A stretch of 64,000 bases of DNA, from the NCBI GenBank assembly GCA_002269645.1, contig NIVC01000106.1, positions 682,001-746,000 on the forward strand. Direction: 5' to 3'. A model generated the notes under the pieces. It was not told where the DNA came from. It was given only the letters and a program-made list of their open reading frames with translations, and did no database searches. A program made the translations under genes and the position numbers. Origin of the DNA: Macrostomum lignano. Lineage: Eukaryota. Shown one piece after another: positions 58,021-64,000 of this stretch. The stretch's first letter is position 1. Every line of letters begins with the position of its first letter.

Positions 58021-59321
58021 GATGGCATAAATTGTTATTTAATATTTAATGGTATACTCAGACTCAAAAGAATTGGAGTTTGGGTCAGAAACAATCTTCT
58101 TAATTGTCAGAGGTTAAAAAGAATATGGGCAATCATGGATCAAATTTTGATTCTGATCTCAATTTACCAACTGACAAATCAAATTAATTAGTGAGATAAT
58201 TTTTTAGATTTGCTAAATTATCTAAATTCTAATAGTGGCAAAACAATAAGATATAATTATATGTACTTTCGTCTTCTTCTATGTCTCTTGGGTTTTTTGC
58301 ATGTAGATAATACACTTTATGTTTTATTAATAGCTATATTTTAGGATGATTTTATAATTAGAAAATGTTTTGACAATTTTGTATAAAGGCCTAAATTTTC
58401 AACTGGAATAGGCCTTATATTTTAAGTATAGCTTTGTAAGTACTTTAGTCTAGATTTTAAGATATACCATTTTTGATGAACCCATTATGTCTAAATACCA
58501 TAGCTAGCAAAAATAATTTATTGGCTAAGAGAAAAATTAACAAAACTTTGTCAAATAGTCATTTCACATACTAATAATGCATTTTAAGTAACTTCAGACT
58601 AAATATAAGCCACAATAATTTGAGTATTTAAAGACATTGAAAGCATAAAATCAACATTTGATATATTAAGTATACATATATTTCTTTTAAGACAATTTAT
58701 TTGAATATCAAATAATACCAAAAATATGTCATTGGACAAAACTAAATTCTATTAGTCCAAATATCAATAAAGTTGCATACTGTGACTACCCAACTATAGG
58801 CACCCTTGTTGTGGTATGGCCAAGTTGTGATGCATTGATTGTCAGCTGAGGGGAACTAGTGACTATTGAAGAAGAAGGTGAATACTATAAAGTGAGTATA
58901 CTCACTGGTTTATTCTGCTAGTTAGTGATTGGGAGATAAAGGAATACAATATATATGCGCACTTTGATTATATATGTAGAAGCATTCAGGATTAAATATA
59001 AAAGTAACTCTACCCTTTAGATGAAGGTTTGAATTTGTTTTTTGGACTAAACCTGACTGCTTGTCTCTTATTCACTACATGTTATTATATATTTTTTGGG
59101 TTAGGATATACTTAGAGAAACAGTGCACAGACATAGATTGCACTAAAGTAACAGAAATAGTCCCCCAAAAGTTTTTTTGGTGCATGCTATGTCACCTTCT
59201 AATTAAGTAATACTTCTTATTTATAATTAATATAGGCCTAATTTTTATAGCAATTAATTAACACTAGATAACATATTCTATTGTAATTAAAAAGTTAAAA
59301 TATAGCGAATAGCAAGGGTTA

Positions 59322-60788
59322 CACTGAATTCATCAATATCTGATTTGTCAATAGACCTAAAGTTAAAGAAATTTGAGAAAATCAAATTTATCAACAGTTA
59401 AAATGACCTAAGCAAATTTGCTAACAACAAGACAAATTTACCTAAAGTCATGTTTTTTAACATAATAACATAAGTTTCTATAATTCAATGAGCAAAATAT
59501 TGCCAAATACTTCAACATGACTTCATGAATACACATTCTAAATGCTATTGTGCCTACATAACTCAAAATTTAACAAATTAGGCAATTGATACTATGTATA
59601 TAATACCACCAAGGACGACTTAAGTAGGACAGGAAACCTTGCTTCTTAGAAAATTTTTGAAGGCAGGCTTTTCCATACTTTGGAGATAGGAATTTTTCAT
59701 TTTTTCAAGATAAAAATTGTTATTGCTTTTGATAGGACGCAGATCCAGTGTTCATCTTTTGATATGTTGTGCCTTTCGTATTGCTCTATTGATATTCATA
59801 AAGCTTTTTGTTCAAAGAATTAGGATTCTATGTTAATTTTTTTTCTACATACATTTCCTGTACCTAACAATCATAAAAATATATGGCATAGCTCCAATCT
59901 TTAGTTTTATAAATCTATTTTATCATCTCTGTTACAATTATTTGTTACACAGTCAGCTAAGAATGATAAAATTAGACTCATAAAACCAAAAAGCTGAGCC
60001 ATGCCATTTTAATGGTTTTTAGACATAAGATATATGCAAATATATATAGAATAAAAATTAACATAAAATCAAAATTCTTTGAATGAAAAGCTTTATAAAT
60101 ATCAATAGAACAATAAGAAAGGCATAACATACCAAAAGATGAACACTAGATCTGCTTCCTATCAAAAGCAATAGCAATTTTTATCTTAAAAATGAAAATT
60201 TCCATCTCTAAAGTATATTTTTGGAAAAGCCTACCTTCAAAAATTTTCTAAGAAACAAGGTTTCCTGTCCTTCTATTTAAGTCATCTTTGAATACCATAT
60301 TATATATAGTTGAATATCCAGATACAAGTATATCAAGAGTCTATCAGGGTATAACAGCTTGTATGCTATCAGCTATATATGCCTTATTATACTTTATTGC
60401 ATCTTTTGAGTGAAGTAGGTCACTTTAATTCAAATTTAATTTCTAAGTTTTGTTGATCTTAACCATTACCAAGTTTTTGAACTTCAAATTTCAAAATATG
60501 TATTGTACAAAAATAGTTCTGGAGATTTATTGGAATTCAATAGGTTTAAAATCCACAGGTAGGCATATTAATAGCTTGTAAAAATTATTTCAAAAAACAA
60601 TTCTCCTTTGATATCTTAAATGTATTCATATCTTTTCAATAGGCTTTGCCTTTCAAGTTTTAGTGTATAATAAATATACTAGTAAATAGCAAACATAATG
60701 TCAGGTAACTGAATTTGTCAATAGTGCATGATAAGGTGAACTGAATTTTTTAGCAGAGTTGACAAATTAGATATTGACAAGTTCAGTG
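59322..60788. mobile_element. Non-autonomous TIR/foldback element with 30-bp outer TIRs and about 230-bp inner inverted arms
   Basis: Outer inverted repeat 59322-59351 versus 60759-60788 (26/30 identical, CACTG...CAGTG ends). Inner arms 59617-59846 and 60048-60283 are reverse complements with scattered mismatches. Confidence 0.6.
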
Positions 60789-61184
60789 GTACTTAATAAT
60801 AAATTATTTACGCCTGTCCTAAAATTTTTATTTATATTACTTAATTTAAGTTTGGCTAAAAAATATAGGCTCATTCCAGTGTTTGGGCACTAGTTTTCAA
60901 AAAGTATAAATCTATTAAGCTGTTGAAACCCGCGGATTTTGAACCCGGGGAATTCCAATACCCGGAACTACTTTTGCATGTATTCTGAAATCTAAGGTCA
61001 TACACAATTCACAAACAAAAACTTGTTAATAGTTAGTAGGATAGAGGTAGTAGACATAAAATGGAGCACATTCGTGTAAAATTAGGGTTTGAGACATTGT
61101 TGGCTGGGGTACTGCGCAGAATGTCAGGCAATGTCTGTCTGACTCTAAAACATGTACCGGTATTGGCAAACTCTGGTCTCTCCC

Positions 61185-61771
61185 TGACTCTCCCTATGTC
61201 CCTTGGATCCTTTAAAAATGCTATTGTCTCTTTGTTTCTTCTCATCTCTCTCGTCCCTTGTCTCTCCTCTCTCCCCTCTTCTCTCGTATCTTCCCTCATC
61301 TCTCTTCTCTTTCATCTCTCTTATCTCATCTCTTGTCTCTTCTTTTCTCTCTCCTCTCCTCTCTCCTCTCTCCCCCTCTCCTCTCTCCTCTCACCCCTTC
61401 TTCTCTCTTATCTTCCTTCTCCTTTCTATTCTTTTCTCTCTTCTTTTAACTCTCTCCTCTACTCTCTCATCTCTCCCCTCTTCTCTCGTATCTTCCCTCA
61501 TCTCTCTTCTCTTTCATCTCATCTCTTGTCTCTTCGTTTCTCTCTCCTCTCCTTTCTGCTCTCTACTTTTTCGTTTTCTATCTCCTCTCCCTTCTCCTCT
61601 CTCCCCCTTTCCTCTCTCCTCTACTCTCTCATCTCTCCCCTCTTCTCTCATCTCTTCCCTCACCTCTTTTCTCTCTTGTCTTTGCTCTCTCATCTTTTAT
61701 TTTCTCTTATTTTATCTTTTCTCTCTTATCTCTTCTCATTTCTCTCTGCTCCCTCTCTCTTTCTCTCTCTC

Positions 61772-61809
<38 letters not shown>

Positions 61810-62520
61810 GTTATCTCTCCTCCTCTCTCTACTCTCTCCCCCTCTCCATTCTCCTCTTTCCTCTCCTCTCTCCTCACTCACTTCTCTACCTTTGTCTCTC
61901 CTCTCTCCTCTCTAACCTCTCCTCTGTTCTCTCTACTCTCCCATCTTTTATCTGTTCACTCTCGTCACTGCTCTCTCATCCCCCTCTTTAATCTGGCATC
62001 TCTGTCTTATATGTTCTCTCACCTCTCTCCTCTGTACTCTTTTCTTTCCCCTCTTTTGACTCCTCACTTTCCTTTCTCCTTTCTTCTTTTCTCTTCTCTT
62101 CCCTTTTCTATACTCTGTCTCCCTCTTTTCTCTCACTCCATTCTCCTCTCTCCATTATCTCTTATCTCTCCTTCCACCTCTCTCATCTCTACAACCTTAG
62201 AGATGTAGAGATGTATCTTATCTCTTCTCTCTTCCCTTTACTTTCTCATCTCTTCTTTCACCTGTTTCCTCTCTGCTCTCCTCTCTGCTCTCCTCTCTGC
62301 TGTCTCCTCTCTCCTCTTATCTGCAGCTCTCTGCTCTCTCATCTCTACTCTCTGCTCTCTTATCTCTACTCTCTCCTCTCGCTTTTCCTCTCTCCCTCTT
62401 CTCCTCTCTCTCTCATCGTCCTCACCCCCTCATCTCTCCTATTATCTTTCATCTTTTCTTTTATCCCCCTCTGTCGCCTCTCCTCTCTTCGAATCGTCTA
62501 TTCCTTCTTCTTTCCACTTT
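61185..62520. repeat. Degenerate CT-rich low-complexity tract including a (CT)n run
   Basis: Read directly; partial internal duplications of about 100-150 bp. Confidence 0.9.
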
Positions 62521-62631
62521 CATCTGCCCCTTAGCTATGAGCTGGATTCTTTATCTGGCCTTTGAGGTAAAAGTCTGCCCATCCTTGCTTGGAAAGCCAG
62601 TTTGTGGGACATAGTACTCTCATGGTTGTTC

Positions 62632-62719
62632 TCATGCTTTGATCACGTCATCTTTCTTGCCAATTTGCAGCCCTGAAAGGAATTTGTGTATCTTCAGCTC
62701 CACTGCAGTCTGCATCAGT
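62632..62719 (-). CDS. Possible terminal exon of an unidentified upstream gene (LMQTAVELKIHKFLSGLQIGKKDDVIKA*)
   Basis: A pyrimidine-rich acceptor TTCCTTGGTTGTTAG| is followed by a short, protein-like amphipathic frame ending in TGA. No family recognised. Confidence 0.3.
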
Positions 62720-63149
62720 CTAACAACCAAGGAAATATGCATTTCTTAGGAGGCCATTTAAAATTTACACAGTACCTTTAAAAGAAACCTAAAATTTCCA
62801 TGGTGTGCCTAATTTAGTAGGGTTGTATTGCATTGCATCGCATCACCTTTTCATAAATCTTTCGCTCTTACAAACCATGCTGGATTCCCTCGATTTGCCA
62901 ATTGCCATCGAGTGTTAAACTCTGCAAAGTTTGCCAATACAGAGGGGAGGGCAGTGGTTAGAATTTCTCACTAAACTGTTATGGCTAAACGTAGCCTCTC
63001 CACTCTCGGGGTGCAGAGAAAGTTATAAATAAAGTTATTCCAAAACACTGTACATTTGCTATGTACATTCAGTCCTATCGCCTGACCCTTCGTCTGGCTC
63101 TGGGGGAATGAGTGAGTGAGCGGCACAAACAACAGAAAAAGCAGACAAA

Positions 63150-63753
63150 CTTCACATGCTTACAGTTTCTTTTTCGGTTGAGTTACAGAGTTGAAACTTT
63201 ACATTTAGATAGAGAATGGGTCAATAAAGAATTGTGTCAAGTTTGAAGTCAATCGCTTTACGTGGAGCAAACTTATAGCAGCTGAAAGTTAGTCAATTTT
63301 GAAACCCTTTTACACATCTGGGCCCAGATCGGTATTGGGAAAGAGAGGCAGGCGGGCAGAGGTTGGGGTGGCTGCCTCGCTAAAAAAAAACAGCCTAACT
63401 TTAAAAGTGCACAGCACTGTTCAGGATCAACTTTCAGACTCAAAATTTTACATGATTGTGCCAAAATAGTTCAAATTTGTCTGTGTCAAATTTGAAGAGA
63501 ATCGGTAGAAGTGGAGCGGTGCTATGGAGGATTTAGTAAAAAAATCGCGCATTTTGAGCAGTTTTTTGTACTTTTAGGTAGGAAGACTTGAGTCTAGGAA
63601 ATTAAAAGGTAGGCCTAGCCTAAGACATTCTCCGTAGTAAGTTTAGGGTGGGTGTAAAATTTGGTGTCATTTGGTTGAGCGGTTTAGGAGTCCATAGCGA
63701 AGTAATTTGTCCACAGACAGACAGACAGAGTTTTGATTTTTATAGGTATAGAT
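63150..63753 (+). mobile_element. Helitron/Helentron-derived non-autonomous element fragment (Lep1/DINE-1/HINE-like)
   Basis: Recurrent GTGT(C/A)AA(A/G)TTTG motifs at about 63235, 63483 and 63652, then AGCGGTTTAGGA, a (GACA)n run and a TTTTATAGGTATAGAT end, the layout typical of these elements. The 5' boundary is uncertain. Confidence 0.45.
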
Positions 63754-64000
63754 TAATAAGCAATAATCTAGTCTAGGCAACTAGGCATTGTTTTTAGTAA
63801 TATTGATAAATTAATTAAGACTTTTTGCAATACTGCCAATATGCTTTAATAAGCTTTAAATTTTATTGCTTGCATATGAACATTGGCGGCATCACTTTGA
63901 TCCACTTCTTTCCTATTTTTACTATAGCAACATTCTGCTGCCCCTCCTGCCTTGCACTGCTAGTGCTTAAACAACCTTGCTAGGCCTATGCTATTTATAT

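Noticed and set aside
58775-58895. Tudor-like fragment on the + strand (YPTIGTLVVVW...*GELVTIEEEGEYYK|GTGAGT)
   Set aside because: It has an internal stop, is very short, and the similarity is only impressionistic.
1843-62534. Long ORFs in the track such as 1843-3466, 26150-27173, 35191-36291, 49469-50221, 52510-53421, 55653-56318, 56765-57796 and 61061-62534
   Set aside because: They are translations of tandem or low-complexity repeats, open in several frames, and lie inside introns defined by phase-consistent splice sites or in intergenic DNA.

Overview
Eukaryotic, intron-rich metazoan DNA. The architecture and composition suggest a Macrostomum-like free-living flatworm, but this is inference and was not verified. 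Four conserved genes lie head-to-tail on the minus strand, and I reconstructed their exons by hand with GT-AG boundaries and matching phases: RRP5/PDCD11 (13 exons, 41779-58020), an intronless MOB1 CDS (38709-39452), an ATP7-type Cu(I) P1B-ATPase with seven intact CxxC metal-binding domains (12 exons, 18704-34377), and an AP-5 beta subunit AP5B1 (at least 7 exons, 12780 to beyond base 1). The dominant non-coding feature is that 25 of the 29 reconstructed introns carry a tandem-repeat array, almost always with its own unit (mostly 18-42 bp, modal 20 bp, mostly even lengths); the same kind of array also occupies the gaps between genes. One array unit is shared between two genes 44 kb apart. Also present are two tRNA-derived SINE families, a degenerate antisense transposon-like insert in an AP5B1 intron, a nested inverted-repeat element and a Helitron-like fragment in an AT-rich, CpG-poor block at the right end. 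Most long ORFs in the supplied track are translations of the tandem repeats and are not genes.
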